Shown here one piece after another: positions 1 through 11,228 of a DNA stretch of 64,000 nucleotides (the stretch's first letter is position 1; the number at the start of each line of letters is the position of its first letter). Below the pieces are notes generated by a model. That model saw only the letters and a list, made by a program, of their open reading frames with translations. It had not been told where the DNA came from and searched no databases. This stretch comes from Bacteroidales bacterium. Its GTDB lineage: Bacteria > Bacteroidota > Bacteroidia > Bacteroidales > GCA-2748055. The DNA is taken from positions 23,471 through 87,470 of the forward strand of contig JAGLOO010000037.1 of assembly GCA_023138875.1 (NCBI GenBank). Direction: 5' to 3'. Both the position numbers and the translations under genes were made by a program.

Positions 1-395
1 GGATAATCACTGGCCTCGCCATACATGCTGCAACTCGAAGCGTAAACAAATTTTTTAACACCATTCTTTTTGCTCAACTCCGCAAGCTTCACTGCAGCTT
101 TGTAGTTCACTTCCATGGTGATAGCCTCATATTTATTACCCATAGGATCGTTAGAAATTGCCGCCAGATCCAGTACAGCATCAACATCCTTAAGAAGGTG
201 CTCCGGAAAGTTCCTGATGTCGCCAAAAACCTGGCTGTTGAGCATGACCTCAGGAAAGAAAGATGGATTTACCAGACTATGTGCAAAATAACCGATATCA
301 AAACCTATTAGCTCTGCATCCGGAAAAGTAGACCTCAATTGATTTGTTACACTTGGTCCGATATAACCAAGATTACCAGCAATAATAATTTTCAT
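1..395 (-). CDS. NAD-dependent epimerase/dehydratase family protein, N-terminal part only (gene runs off the window start)
   Basis: Not in the ORF track because no stop lies in the window. Reverse complement from the ATG (complement of 393-395) reads MKIIIAGNLGYIGPSVTNQLRSTFPDAELIGFDIGYFAH..., a Rossmann GxxGxxG-type N-terminus. It lies 27 nt downstream of the rfbF-like gene on the same strand. Confidence 0.7.
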   Translation of the reverse strand, partial: MKIIIAGNLGYIGPSVTNQLRSTFPDAELIGFDIGYFAHSLVNPSFFPEVMLNSQVFGDIRNFPEHLLKDVDAVLDLAAISNDPMGNKYEAITMEVNYKAAVKLAELSKKNGVKKFVYASSCSMYGEASDY

Positions 396-422
396 TTTTC
401 TATAGTTTTTGAGTAATTATAA

Positions 423-1211
423 TCAATCTTCCCAAATCTTCCAGGGAGCCTTATTCTCATTCCAAAGTCCTTCAAGCAGATTCTTATCTCTTAGCGTGTC
501 CATTGGCTGCCAGAATGTTGTATGCCTGAATGCACATAGTTGGCCATCGTTGGCTAGTTTTTCCAATGGTTTCCGCTCAAAAACAGTTGAATCACCATCA
601 ATGTAATCAAAAACTTCGGGTTCCAACACAAAAAATCCACCGTTGATCCATGCGGTTCCATCTCCATTTCCTTTTGGCTTTTCCTGGAAATAATTTATTT
701 TGGATTCGTCTGACTTGAGGTTAAAAACACCAAATCGTCCATGCTGTCTGACAGAGGTCAATGTGGCATATAATCCCTGGTTTTTATGATACATAATTAA
801 ATCATCGATGTTTATATCGCAGACGCCATCACCATAAGTTAGACAGAAAGTCTGGTTGTCAACATAATCCCTGATACGTTTAATCCTACCCCCTGTCATT
901 GTCAACTCTCCGGTATCCACCAGGGTAACTTTCCAGGGCTCAGAATGCATGGAATGCACCTGCATTTGATTGTTTTTCATATCAAATGTTACATCTGTAT
1001 TATGCAAGAAATAATTTGAAAAATATTCCTTGATCATGTAACCTTTGTATCCGCAACAAATGATAAAATCGGTCAACCCATAATAAGAGAAAATCTTCAT
1101 TATATGCCATAGAATGGGGCGACTACCTATTTCAACCATGGGTTTCGGTCTCACTCCACTCTCTTCACTTATTCTTGTTCCGAATCCACCTGCTAACAAA
1201 ACTACTTTCAT
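423..1211 (-). CDS. rfbF: glucose-1-phosphate cytidylyltransferase
   Basis: 262 aa. [59 protein letters not shown]...GGFFVLEP...[11 protein letters not shown] is collinear with enterobacterial RfbF as I remember it. Confidence 0.9.
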   Translation of the reverse strand: MKVVLLAGGFGTRISEESGVRPKPMVEIGSRPILWHIMKIFSYYGLTDFIICCGYKGYMIKEYFSNYFLHNTDVTFDMKNNQMQVHSMHSEPWKVTLVDTGELTMTGGRIKRIRDYVDNQTFCLTYGDGVCDINIDDLIMYHKNQGLYATLTSVRQHGRFGVFNLKSDESKINYFQEKPKGNGDGTAWINGGFFVLEPEVFDYIDGDSTVFERKPLEKLANDGQLCAFRHTTFWQPMDTLRDKNLLEGLWNENKAPWKIWED

Positions 1212-1221
1212 AATAATTATT

Positions 1222-2298
1222 TTAGTTTTTTAATGACTCGAATACCTCAACTGTATTGTCTACTGCAATCGATAGACCTTTGAAATTCCAATGGGTATCA
1301 GTCCCATAGTATAAGATGTCTTCTGCAGCTCTAAAATCCTCATATAGGTGTATAACTGGTATTCCTCTTTCTTCAAGTCCAGCATATAGTCTGGGAATAA
1401 AATTATTATAGGGATCATTATTCATCAATGTATGGCATATCGTATACTTTGAGGGTATGGCCATGAAAACCATCTTTAGTTTGTATTGCTCATACAGTTT
1501 GGATGCCAGATCAGCAATGTTATCACAATACATGTTCATTTCATCCTGACTGTGTTTGTAATAGAAGCTGGATGGTTCACCATTTAGCTGATCATAGTAG
1601 AACAACCATGGTATGTCTCCCTCAAGATAATATGTTGGAGTCATGTCTGTAATATATTTGAAAACATCAAACTTTAATGTTGCATTGAAAGAGAATATTC
1701 CTGTAGTAAGAATGTTGCGGGAAAGCAGTGTTCCGTAAAGTAAATCTGCATTAGGCAGAAATAGAAAATCCCTCACATTTGCCACATGTTGTCGAACTTT
1801 ACTCCTTGAATCGGTAATCTCCATCTTCGGATGAGTTTCGGAGAACCGGGTGGGTATATACCTTTCAGCTGATTCATAGAGAAGAATCTTCTCCACATTA
1901 TTATCGAATTGCTGCTCAGCAAAATATTGTAAAGGCCGATCATATCTTGCATAAAATGCTTTCTGATTTAGAGTATCACCCAGCATTTCAGGAAATGTCT
2001 TCATCCTGGTAAAATCTAAAAAGCTATCTCCGAAAAGAAAAATGTCTGCCTTATCCAGGGAAGGGTGCTTTTCAGAAAACCGGTATTTCTTGTCATGGAG
2101 AGGAAGATCTTTCTCCCTGAAGTGCCGTATATGATTAAAGTAATATAACTCCCCATATTTGGTGTTTTCCCAATATTCAGGAATAATTTTTTCTTTCAAT
2201 ACTGCATTAAAAAGTGGTGGTATGCGAATCGCCACAAATGCGTAGAGACAAACGATACCAGCTATGTATATCAGTATTTTTAATGGTTTTTCATTCAT
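1222..2298 (-). CDS. AlgJ/AlgX-like (DHHW/SGNH-type) polysaccharide O-acetylation accessory protein
   Basis: N-terminal membrane anchor ([17 protein letters not shown]) and a C-terminal GTDTHWN motif typical of AlgJ/AlgX-type partners. It lies 17 nt downstream of the MBOAT gene. Confidence 0.55.
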   Translation of the reverse strand: MNEKPLKILIYIAGIVCLYAFVAIRIPPLFNAVLKEKIIPEYWENTKYGELYYFNHIRHFREKDLPLHDKKYRFSEKHPSLDKADIFLFGDSFLDFTRMKTFPEMLGDTLNQKAFYARYDRPLQYFAEQQFDNNVEKILLYESAERYIPTRFSETHPKMEITDSRSKVRQHVANVRDFLFLPNADLLYGTLLSRNILTTGIFSFNATLKFDVFKYITDMTPTYYLEGDIPWLFYYDQLNGEPSSFYYKHSQDEMNMYCDNIADLASKLYEQYKLKMVFMAIPSKYTICHTLMNNDPYNNFIPRLYAGLEERGIPVIHLYEDFRAAEDILYYGTDTHWNFKGLSIAVDNTVEVFESLKN

Positions 2299-2315
2299 AA
2301 TGCCAGATCTTTTGA

Positions 2316-3758
2316 TTAAAATTGAAAATAGAGAAAATCAGCTTCATCCCATACACCGAGAATGAGCACAACAAAGATCACAACAGCTAAAATTGCCCAT
2401 TTCCAAGGTCTGGGGACTTTCAGCTTCAACTTACCATATAGCTCTGCAAATTCCTCAAAATATTCAATCACTAATAACAAGCCAATACTTATAAAAGCAA
2501 TATAGAAATCAACTCCGAAGTTAAAGAGATTTAGGGTTGCATTTCCTGCAAAACGAAAGGTATTGCCAATGATCAGAAACGCATCATGGGTATTGTTTGC
2601 ACGAAAGAAAATCCATGCAAAATAGACAAGAATGAAAGTGACGAAGACTTGTGTAAACTTATACAAACCAGGGAATTTGTTTATTCCGATCCTTCTGTTC
2701 AAATCTTCTCTAAGCTTACCGGTCCAGATTGCAAAAACCAGGTAAAACCCATGAAGAGCTCCCCAAATTACAAAAGTCCATTCTGCTCCGTGCCACAGAC
2801 CACTCACAAGAAACGTGATAAACAGGTTGTAGTACCATCTCCACTTAACAACTCTGTTGCCTCCCAGAGAAATATAGACGTAATCCCGGAACCAGGTAGA
2901 GAGAGAAATGTGCCATCGCTGCCAGAATTCTCTGATATTCATCGCGAAATAGGGTCTTCGAAAATTTACCATTAAACGATAACCCATAATCAGTGCGGCA
3001 CCAATAGCTATATCAGAATAACCGGAAAAATCACAATATATCTGGAAAGAAAAGAAGAATGTTGCTATGATATTCTGAAATCCTCCGAATTCCGTGGGAT
3101 TATTGTAAACAAGGTTCACATATTCAGCCAACCGGTCTGCAATCACTACTTTTTTAAAGAAACCCCATGCCATTAATAGAATTCCTTCCTTAACTCGCTC
3201 ATATTCAAACTTAAAGTCCTGCCGAAACTGCGGAATTAGATTTACCGAACGTTCAATAGGCCCCGCAACCAATTGCGGAAAGAATGAAACAAACAATGCA
3301 AATCGGCCAAAATGGTATTCGGGCTTCTGCTTTCTTCTGTATATATCAATGGTATAACTCAGTGTTTGGAAAGTATAGAACGAAATTCCAACGGGTAATA
3401 GTAAACTGTAAGTGGGAACCTCGGCAAAAATATTGATCTTATCAAAGAAATAGTTAGCCGTATCACCAAAGAAGTTAAAATATTTGAAAAAGAACAGCAA
3501 TCCCAGATTTGTCGTCAGACTCGCAATCAATAGAAGCTTCCTTAGCCTGGTTTTTTCTGTTCTGTGCATCAGGATCCCGGAAATATAATCTACAACTGTT
3601 GAGAACATGATAAGGATGATGTACTTATAGCTCCAACACATATAAAAGTAGTAGCTGGCCAACAGTAACAGGATCCATCTGTATTTTGGATTCAGGGCAA
3701 AATAGGCTGCAACCACAATGGGGAAAAAGAGAATAAACTGAAGAGAATTAAATAGCAT
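2316..3758 (-). CDS. MBOAT family O-acyltransferase (AlgI/DltB-like)
   Basis: 480 aa polytopic membrane protein with the REFWQRWHISLSTWFRDYVYISLGGNR signature containing the conserved MBOAT His. Confidence 0.85.
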   Translation of the reverse strand: MLFNSLQFILFFPIVVAAYFALNPKYRWILLLLASYYFYMCWSYKYIILIMFSTVVDYISGILMHRTEKTRLRKLLLIASLTTNLGLLFFFKYFNFFGDTANYFFDKINIFAEVPTYSLLLPVGISFYTFQTLSYTIDIYRRKQKPEYHFGRFALFVSFFPQLVAGPIERSVNLIPQFRQDFKFEYERVKEGILLMAWGFFKKVVIADRLAEYVNLVYNNPTEFGGFQNIIATFFFSFQIYCDFSGYSDIAIGAALIMGYRLMVNFRRPYFAMNIREFWQRWHISLSTWFRDYVYISLGGNRVVKWRWYYNLFITFLVSGLWHGAEWTFVIWGALHGFYLVFAIWTGKLREDLNRRIGINKFPGLYKFTQVFVTFILVYFAWIFFRANNTHDAFLIIGNTFRFAGNATLNLFNFGVDFYIAFISIGLLLVIEYFEEFAELYGKLKLKVPRPWKWAILAVVIFVVLILGVWDEADFLYFQF

Positions 3759-3940
3759 ATGGCAAATTCCTTATTAGTATTAAATATTATGCTGTCGATA
3801 TATGTTTGCTGACACTATGCTTACGGCAATTTGGGCTCAAAGTTTTCATAAATTTTATAAAACTTGAAATTGTTTTATGAAGGTCGATGTAATAAAGACC
3901 AATCATGGAATATTTGCTATCAAAAGATCTGTTCAACCGA

Positions 3941-6127
3941 TCATTCTCCGGATAGTCTGAGCAATAATTTCCCTGTATGCAATGGTACCCGCAATGCCCG
4001 ATCAGTCAACCTGTACAAATAGACTCCATCATTTAATCCTATTCCTAACAGTCTGATCTCGGAATGAGGATCCCCAAGTTCTTTGTGGATAACTTTTTTT
4101 CCTGTCAGGTCAAAAAGTTCAAAAATAACCCCATTCTGAATATTTGGCAGTTCGTTTAGATTTATGAAGAGTTGATGAGTAGCCGGGTTCGGATATACCA
4201 AATTGATTTCATGCAATTCCGGTTCCCCTATATAAGATGCAAAAGTCACATTGATGACAAATGCCTGATAGGTTGTATCATTCTGATCCGAAACACAGAG
4301 GACAACCAGATTTTCGCCGACATCTTCGTAATCAGGAACCCCGATTAATACTTGGGTAGACGGGTAAAAAACAAGCCACTCAGGTACTGTTTTTGCAAAG
4401 TAGAAAAGGGTGGCATCTTCAGGATCATTTGCCTGGATCCCGTAAGTATAGGTCTTCGCAACTATAGCTGTATCCTTTGGTTCAGTAACAACTACAGGTG
4501 GCAGGTTATAGGCCAATACCTCAAGGGTATAAGATTGTACATCTTCATATTCACCATCATATACCCGAAGTTTAATGCTGGGAAATCCAGTATCATTGAT
4601 TGAAGGAGTACCTGTAACAAGCCCTGTGTTTTCATTAATCTGTAACCACGTTGGTTTCTCAATGGCAGAATAGCTTAGAACATCACCAGGATCTTCGTCA
4701 TCTGCAACCAAAGTGTATACATATTGATCACCCGCTTTGGCTGAGAGAACGGGTGATGATGTGATCACAGGCGGATGATTTACATCGGTTACTTCAACAT
4801 CCAGATAATAGGTATCAGATTCTTTTGCATCGGCGACAATCTTAACCGGGACGGTAAGTTGACCGAAAAAGTATTGATCAGGAGTAATGGTATGGGATGC
4901 AACAGTATAATTATTTCCCGCTTCAACAATCAGCTCAAGACCAGCTGGTGCTTTATCAGGTTCCACAATGATCAAATCATCCAGGGAGATCTCCAGGGAG
5001 GTCCCTTCAGGGGTGAAGAGTGGCTGCTGCCCGATAATCTCAGGTGTCCAGTTTATGGTGAACTGCGTAAGACAATTATCAGATCTTTGAAGGCTGGTTA
5101 TCACCCTTCCTCTGTCTGTTGCAACAAACTCAATGGTCTCACTTCCACTCCAGTCTGAATGGAGTGGTGAGATAGTTGCTACTCTATTCTCATCAATAGT
5201 TATACTAAAGTGCTGGGGTGATTCCGGAAAAACACTCCAGGTAATGTCCTGAGGATTATCCTCAGCATCTGTGACAAAATTATCCAGTGTTATTTGTGAG
5301 AATTGCCCCCCTCTATCAATGGCCTGATCTGGAATCTGGCTTACTGATGGAGCCGAATTATAATTCTCAATGGCTTCAAACCACTTGTCAGCCATTTTAT
5401 CATATCCAGTCTGGTTTGGATGAACCTGATCAATGATATCCGTATAATAATTAATACCAGCTCCACATTCCATATCAACAATAACGACATGGTCTCCATT
5501 ATTGATTCTTGATTGGGCCATTGAAACCAATCTGTTGTTAAATGTTTTTGTCCCATAGTCGGTGTTGCATGATTTGTTCTGTCGACTGATTATTCTTGCA
5601 AGAAAGACCAGAATGGGTTCTCCATTTGCATCTTCATAATCATCAATTGCTTCCAGAATACGTTCAACATCGTTGACATAATAATCACCTGCTGAAACAT
5701 CATTGGTGCCGATATGCAACAGAATAATATCAGTAGGATAGTAGTTTAAAAATGGGCCTGGAGTCACCTGGCCTGTGTGAGTAGAGGTCCCCGTTTCCAT
5801 AATATCAGCCAGCCAATTGTCCCTGATGGCGCTGAATCCTGCATTATCCGGATCGGACATGGTTCCATAACCATATTTGTAATTGCCGATAAAATCGAAG
5901 TCATAACCGGCATTATTCATTAATGTGATTAACCTATGCCTATATCCAATCGCCTGTGCATCTGGTAAATGAACACAATTATAAATATCTCCATTCGTAC
6001 ACATACTTCCCCTGGTAATTGAATTTCCCAGGGGTAAGATCCTTAACTCTTGGGCTTCGACACTAAACACCAGTGTAAAACCAAATAGTATTGTATATAC
6101 TATATTCAAATACTTACGAAAACTCAT
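3941..6127 (-). CDS. secreted SGNH/GDSL hydrolase fused to cadherin/Ig-like repeats with a T9SS C-terminal sorting domain
   Basis: Signal peptide. GDSL block LPLGNSITRG, block LLHIGTNDV and DQVHPNQTGY (DxxH). At least two ~90-aa Ig-like repeats (..YTLVADDEDPGDVLSYSA..WLQIN..TGLVTGTP). C-terminal VYPNPATHQLFINL... is a T9SS CTD-like tail. Confidence 0.7.
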   Translation of the reverse strand: MSFRKYLNIVYTILFGFTLVFSVEAQELRILPLGNSITRGSMCTNGDIYNCVHLPDAQAIGYRHRLITLMNNAGYDFDFIGNYKYGYGTMSDPDNAGFSAIRDNWLADIMETGTSTHTGQVTPGPFLNYYPTDIILLHIGTNDVSAGDYYVNDVERILEAIDDYEDANGEPILVFLARIISRQNKSCNTDYGTKTFNNRLVSMAQSRINNGDHVVIVDMECGAGINYYTDIIDQVHPNQTGYDKMADKWFEAIENYNSAPSVSQIPDQAIDRGGQFSQITLDNFVTDAEDNPQDITWSVFPESPQHFSITIDENRVATISPLHSDWSGSETIEFVATDRGRVITSLQRSDNCLTQFTINWTPEIIGQQPLFTPEGTSLEISLDDLIIVEPDKAPAGLELIVEAGNNYTVASHTITPDQYFFGQLTVPVKIVADAKESDTYYLDVEVTDVNHPPVITSSPVLSAKAGDQYVYTLVADDEDPGDVLSYSAIEKPTWLQINENTGLVTGTPSINDTGFPSIKLRVYDGEYEDVQSYTLEVLAYNLPPVVVTEPKDTAIVAKTYTYGIQANDPEDATLFYFAKTVPEWLVFYPSTQVLIGVPDYEDVGENLVVLCVSDQNDTTYQAFVINVTFASYIGEPELHEINLVYPNPATHQLFINLNELPNIQNGVIFELFDLTGKKVIHKELGDPHSEIRLLGIGLNDGVYLYRLTDRALRVPLHTGKLLLRLSGE

Positions 6128-6294
6128 ACTGCAATCTATTTACGTTCAAAGATGCTTCGCACTAAAGTTTTAAAAATATACCAATGTCATTAGGTAAGAG
6201 CCGGGGGAAAAAGAATCGATTAGCTAATTGATATGATAAAATAGGGTGCCTGACATGACACCCTATTTCATTTTTCATCTAACCATCCCTGTAT

Positions 6295-8718
6295 TTAATT
6301 AATGATTAGTTTTCCAGTCTGGTACTGGTCTTCATCAAAGATTCTGAACAAATAAATTCCCTCGCTCAATTCAGAAACATCAAGCTGAATCTTGCTGGCT
6401 CCGTGCTCCACAACTTCATGGATCATCACTTTTCCGGAAAGATCAGAAACCTCGATATTTGAAGCACTACTATTCAATTCGAAAATTACATATTCATTTG
6501 CAGGATTCGGATATACCCTGGATACCAAAATATCTTCCGGGTCTATGCCAACTCCCCATCGAGGTACTACGGTGACAGTGAACTGATGATTTACCGTGAA
6601 TGTACCATCTGTAACAGTTATAATCACAGAGTGTTCCCCCAGATTATCGGTAGTAGGTGTACCACTTAAAACCTTGCTGCCCGTATCGAAAGTCAACCAT
6701 GTGGGAATAACAGTTCCGCTAAAAGTAAGTTGGCTTCCTTCATGGTCCACTACCTCCATCAAATATGTATAGGGTAGGCTCACCTTAGCCGTATCATTGG
6801 GCACTGATATAACCTGCGGAGCAGTGTTGACATCCCTGACAGTAATGGTAAACTCTTGTTTGACTTCCTCAAATCCATCTGAAACCACCAAAATTACACT
6901 GTGATCGCCGACATTCTGCTTTTCAGGAATACCACTCAGGAGCTTGGTTTCAGTGTTAAAACTTAACCATGAAGGAATGACCTCTGCTGAAAAAGTGAGT
7001 ACATCACCGGCATCAGCATCATATGCTGTAATCAGGTACTGATACTCACTGTAGTTATCCACAATAGTGGGGGGAGTGGAGGTAATAACAGGAAGGTTAT
7101 TTCCACTTTTAACGTCGATAATAAACTCCTGGAATACCTCGAATTCTCCGTCGGTTACCTTGATCTTAACCGGGTTGTCACCCACATTCTCCCTTGCAGG
7201 AATACCAATCAGTACTTTGGTAGAGGGATTAAAGGTAAGCCAGGCGGGAAGAATTTCAGCCGTAAATGTAAGAGCATCCTCATCCGGATCACTCGCCTCC
7301 ACAAAATAAGTATAAGCCACTTCTTCATTAGCCACAATAATAGGAGTTGAAGTGAACTCGGGAGGATCATTTACATCTTTTACTGTAATTGTGAATTCCT
7401 GGAAAATATCTATTTCACCATCTGTAGCTTTTAACTTAACGGGGGCTTCACCCACATCTTCATTTAGTGGAGTACCACTCAGAACACCGGTGGATGGGTT
7501 AAATGTTAGCCATGAAGGTATAATTTCTGCAGATAGTGTTAACGGGTCACCATCAAAATCACTGGCTCCAAGTGTGTAAGTATAAGGAATATCCTGAGTA
7601 GCAGTATCAACGGGGACAGAGGTAAATAATGGATAGTAATTGCCAGGCTTGCAATGGGGCCTGCCGGTCAAACCATCATTATATATGTCGTTCACCTCAC
7701 CCGAAGAAAGTGATTTGTTATACACCAGTATTTCATCCATGGAACCATTAAATGGGAATCTGTTTGATTCATACCTGTCCCAGAATCCGATATTCAAATC
7801 ATATAGCCCATCTCCGATGAAATCCTTATCACCAAATATATGGGGATACCAAAACATCTGGTTATTGATAAATACCCTTAAAGTAGAAGATTCTCCTGCC
7901 GCGGCACCCTCGTAGACGGCAACAACATGATACCACTGGTTTTGGCTGATGGTAACATTTGGCGTTACAGTTTTTAATTCCTCTGCTAACTTGGGTCTGA
8001 GGCTGAATGAAATTTTGGGAGTGCCACCCGAAACATCAATCATAAGAATGTAACACATCTGGTCGTATTCTGCATCCGGAGATCCCCTTGCAATAAGTAC
8101 CTGGTTATTTGGATCGGGCAGAAACTGACCTTTGTAGTTAAACCACATAGAAACAGAAAATCCTCCTGATCTAGGAAAATCATACTGTCCCTCATCGGTT
8201 ACATAAACAAATTGATCTGTTTTTCCGAGTGGAGCAAATACCTTCCCGCGGTCAACTTTTCCAATTGTATCGCGAAGGGAGGTTAATGATGTTGCAGTGT
8301 AACCACCCTTAAAATCCTCATACGTGCTTCCTTCGGTTTCATCCAATTTCCAGTAGGAGATGAGATCTGCTGCACAGATGATGGCATCGGACAGGTAAAC
8401 AACAAATGATCTCTGTGAATCACCAACAGAGTTGAAAGCCCTGACGATAACCGTACCACCGTCGCCGCTCTGCGCGGGTGTCCATGTAATTAAGCCTGTG
8501 GTTGAATTAATCGACATGCCCGGACGAGCCACCAGTAACTCATAGGTTTCGGCAGGATCAGCATTTACCGCATCCACATCATAAGTAAATAATTCTCCGA
8601 TCATGGCTGTCTGATCACTGATTGGAGCAATGTATGGAGCTTCGGCAGCTATTGCCGTCTGACTGTATGAAAAACACAGCAGAATGGCAAGCACGTTAAC
8701 AATGTATAACTTTCTCAT
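6295..8718 (-). CDS. secreted LamG (concanavalin-like) domain protein with repeated Ig/cadherin-like domains and a T9SS C-terminal sorting domain
   Basis: Signal peptide. LamG-like block (ISYWKLDE...GSMDEILVYNKSLSSGEV). One N-terminal and four tandem Ig-like repeats. C-terminal RVYPNPANEYVIFEL...GIYLFRI is a T9SS CTD-like tail. Confidence 0.7.
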   Translation of the reverse strand: MRKLYIVNVLAILLCFSYSQTAIAAEAPYIAPISDQTAMIGELFTYDVDAVNADPAETYELLVARPGMSINSTTGLITWTPAQSGDGGTVIVRAFNSVGDSQRSFVVYLSDAIICAADLISYWKLDETEGSTYEDFKGGYTATSLTSLRDTIGKVDRGKVFAPLGKTDQFVYVTDEGQYDFPRSGGFSVSMWFNYKGQFLPDPNNQVLIARGSPDAEYDQMCYILMIDVSGGTPKISFSLRPKLAEELKTVTPNVTISQNQWYHVVAVYEGAAAGESSTLRVFINNQMFWYPHIFGDKDFIGDGLYDLNIGFWDRYESNRFPFNGSMDEILVYNKSLSSGEVNDIYNDGLTGRPHCKPGNYYPLFTSVPVDTATQDIPYTYTLGASDFDGDPLTLSAEIIPSWLTFNPSTGVLSGTPLNEDVGEAPVKLKATDGEIDIFQEFTITVKDVNDPPEFTSTPIIVANEEVAYTYFVEASDPDEDALTFTAEILPAWLTFNPSTKVLIGIPARENVGDNPVKIKVTDGEFEVFQEFIIDVKSGNNLPVITSTPPTIVDNYSEYQYLITAYDADAGDVLTFSAEVIPSWLSFNTETKLLSGIPEKQNVGDHSVILVVSDGFEEVKQEFTITVRDVNTAPQVISVPNDTAKVSLPYTYLMEVVDHEGSQLTFSGTVIPTWLTFDTGSKVLSGTPTTDNLGEHSVIITVTDGTFTVNHQFTVTVVPRWGVGIDPEDILVSRVYPNPANEYVIFELNSSASNIEVSDLSGKVMIHEVVEHGASKIQLDVSELSEGIYLFRIFDEDQYQTGKLIIN
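6558..7638 (-). repeat. four tandem ~90-aa Ig/cadherin-like (He_PIG-type) domain repeats inside the CDS
   Basis: Repeating pattern x-YTY-x-A-x-D-x-D-x-LTF(S/T)AE(I/V)(I/L)P(S/A)WL(T/S)FN..T..L.G.P...(N)VG(D/E)..V.(I/L).V.DG...V.QEF.I.V read directly in the translation. Coordinates are approximate. Confidence 0.6.
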
Positions 8719-9148
8719 AACAAATTAGATTTTGGTTTCTATAATTATTACTAAATTTCATCTTTAACGCATATACGTTATAATTAATATAAGGTTTGAA
8801 AAAAAAAGCCAATACTTAAAATCATTGAAACTGAGTAAAACCTTACATAGCTTTAACCTAAAATTAGTAAATAAAGTTGCACTGGTTTAGATAATTTGAC
8901 GAGGCAAAACATTTTTGCGATTTTCGTATATTCTTGCCTACCTAAATGATTTTTGCAGGAAATCAATACACATTCACATACATCATTAAATTTTAGCTTT
9001 TTATCAAATAATTCACGCCTTAAACTAAAGAATCGCTCAATAAAATTATTTTATTTGCTTGATTACTAAATACTTTAATCAGCTCAGCATAATAACCATG
9101 CAATAAATCTGTATCTTTTATCAAAAACAAAGGATTATTTGGGATTAA

Positions 9149-10051
9149 TCAGACTCCCTTGCTTATGCCAAAAAGTGAAAGGAATTTCCATTTAAAAAAA
9201 CCTCCAAAAAGTCGAAAATAATCAACCACAAGGACCCTGTAGGCCAAAATTGAAGTTGAATGCCTTTTATAAAAAAGGAAATTCTTACTTAAATTGGAAT
9301 TTGACCTTATATCCGTCATTGTCAAATACAAGCCCTTTAAGGTCCCTCCGTGTGATAAACCGCTGCTTGATTTATCATTCCATAGTATTAACTGCGGATA
9401 TACAATTATATCATAGCCCGCAGTTCTGGCTCTAAATGTAAAATCACTATCTCCATGGTATTGTGGAAACACTTTTTCATCCCAAAAACCAATCTTTCTG
9501 ATAACATCAATTGGAACCAGTGTTCCCATGCCTGGTAACCAATCTACTTTCCTGGGGTTTTTAAACTCATCTGTATCGGGCAAATTACTTCCCAGCATAT
9601 ATTTCACACCATTTTTCGGATTAAAAATTCCCCCGAAAGACCAGATTACATTATCCTTACCAAAATGAAATATTTTTGAACCCGCAACTATATTATCAGG
9701 TAAATTGTCAACCAGGTTATCTAATTCAATAAAGTAATTTGATGCTGGAATGATATCATTATTCCAAAGAAGTACAAAGTCAGCAGCAATCTCCGACATA
9801 GCATAACTTGCACCGAGATTCACACCTCCGCTCCACCATAAATTACCATCTCCCTTTAATACGGTTACTTCAGGATGATGATCTGTCAGCCATTCTTCAG
9901 TACCATCTGTGGACCCATCATCAACAACAACAATCAAAAAATCACAATTATTGAAGTTGATATCAGAAATTAATTTATCCAGCGTTTTAATGCATTTTTT
10001 TGTAAAACCAAGATTGTTATACACTGGTATTAGAATTGCGATTTTCTTCAT
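9149..10051 (-). CDS. family 2 glycosyltransferase
   Basis: IAILIPVYNN...LIVVVDDGSTDGT... is a typical GT2 (GT-A) N-terminus with a DxD-type region. Confidence 0.8.
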   Translation of the reverse strand: MKKIAILIPVYNNLGFTKKCIKTLDKLISDINFNNCDFLIVVVDDGSTDGTEEWLTDHHPEVTVLKGDGNLWWSGGVNLGASYAMSEIAADFVLLWNNDIIPASNYFIELDNLVDNLPDNIVAGSKIFHFGKDNVIWSFGGIFNPKNGVKYMLGSNLPDTDEFKNPRKVDWLPGMGTLVPIDVIRKIGFWDEKVFPQYHGDSDFTFRARTAGYDIIVYPQLILWNDKSSSGLSHGGTLKGLYLTMTDIRSNSNLSKNFLFYKRHSTSILAYRVLVVDYFRLFGGFFKWKFLSLFGISKGV

Positions 10052-10178
10052 TCGAATTGTTATATTAATTCCTGTTGAATATTATTCCGTTTCAGAGTGC
10101 AAAAAAAGGAATAATTCTATTAACATCACCAATTAAACCTAATTTTGAATAAATATCAAATATTAAGAAAAGCTATTT

Positions 10179-11222
10179 ATGACTAACAGGAACCGGAGAA
10201 TTATAATCGCATTAATTGCAACACCAATAACCATCATCATAGTTGCAATAATTGTTTATTTATCATCTAAAGAAAAAATCACAAATTATTTAACTATCTG
10301 TCAACCAGTAGAGGCTGATTTTTTATTGGTTGAAGGATGGGTGGAAGAATCGGTTCTCGATATAGCTGCAAGCGAATATAAAGAAGGTACTTATCTAAAA
10401 GTTATTACGACAGGTAATCCTATTGATTCTTATTTTATGATGTCCGAAGAGGGATTACTGGAATATCGTTTTAAAGAGCCCAATATTGACTTGAATCCCG
10501 GAGATACATTAAAAATATGCTTAAAAGGAACTCCTGTTACAAATGTTTTCCCGGAATTCACGGTTTTTTTAAATGAAAATGTATTATCACAACACTCCTC
10601 AACGGTGGATTGGAAAGATCATGCATTTACATTTGATTCTGCAATTCAAATTATTAGTATTGGTATTACCTTTGATAACGATGGATATTATTTAAAAGAG
10701 GACCGGAATTTATTTATCAAAAATATTCATATCAACGATATCGATTATCCTGCCCGATCAAAGTATTCATTGTTTTATGATAAAGGAGATTACAATAAGC
10801 AAAACCCATATCCAACCAACTTTCATTCAGTGGCCTCAATCTGCGCTGAAAAGCTTAAAAACAGGGGGATTCCTGAAGAAAAAATAACTATTCTGACTTC
10901 ACCAAATTCAAAACAGAACAGAACATTCGCAAGTGCACTTGTTGTTAATAATTGGATTGAATCAAATGATTTTTTTGGTATATCAGTAAATGTTCTTTCA
11001 GAAGGAATTCATTCGCGTAGAACATATACTCTTTATCAATATGCGTTAAGAGAAAACTGCGAAGAGATAGGCATTATTTCAACCCTTCCGGATAATAATC
11101 GATACCTGGGAAATTATATTGAAGATAAGGATATTATACGTGAACTTGCCGGAAACTTATACTACAACCTCCTGTTTAACAAAAGAAAATTTAAGAAACA
11201 ATTCAAATCTGGAAATAATTGA
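10179..11222 (+). CDS. membrane-anchored DUF218 (ElyC/YdcF/SanA)-like protein with an inserted beta-rich, carbohydrate-binding-like segment
   Basis: N-terminal TM (IIIALIATPITIIIVAIIVYL). ADFLLVEGWVEES...VITTG and the C-terminal ILTSPNSKQNRTFASALV...LSEGIHSRRTY resemble a split DUF218 fold. The middle part (ITFDNDGYYLKEDRNLFIKNIHIND) resembles CBM-type modules. Assignment by eye only. Confidence 0.35.
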   Translation: MTNRNRRIIIALIATPITIIIVAIIVYLSSKEKITNYLTICQPVEADFLLVEGWVEESVLDIAASEYKEGTYLKVITTGNPIDSYFMMSEEGLLEYRFKEPNIDLNPGDTLKICLKGTPVTNVFPEFTVFLNENVLSQHSSTVDWKDHAFTFDSAIQIISIGITFDNDGYYLKEDRNLFIKNIHINDIDYPARSKYSLFYDKGDYNKQNPYPTNFHSVASICAEKLKNRGIPEEKITILTSPNSKQNRTFASALVVNNWIESNDFFGISVNVLSEGIHSRRTYTLYQYALRENCEEIGIISTLPDNNRYLGNYIEDKDIIRELAGNLYYNLLFNKRKFKKQFKSGNN

Positions 11223-11228
11223 TAATTA

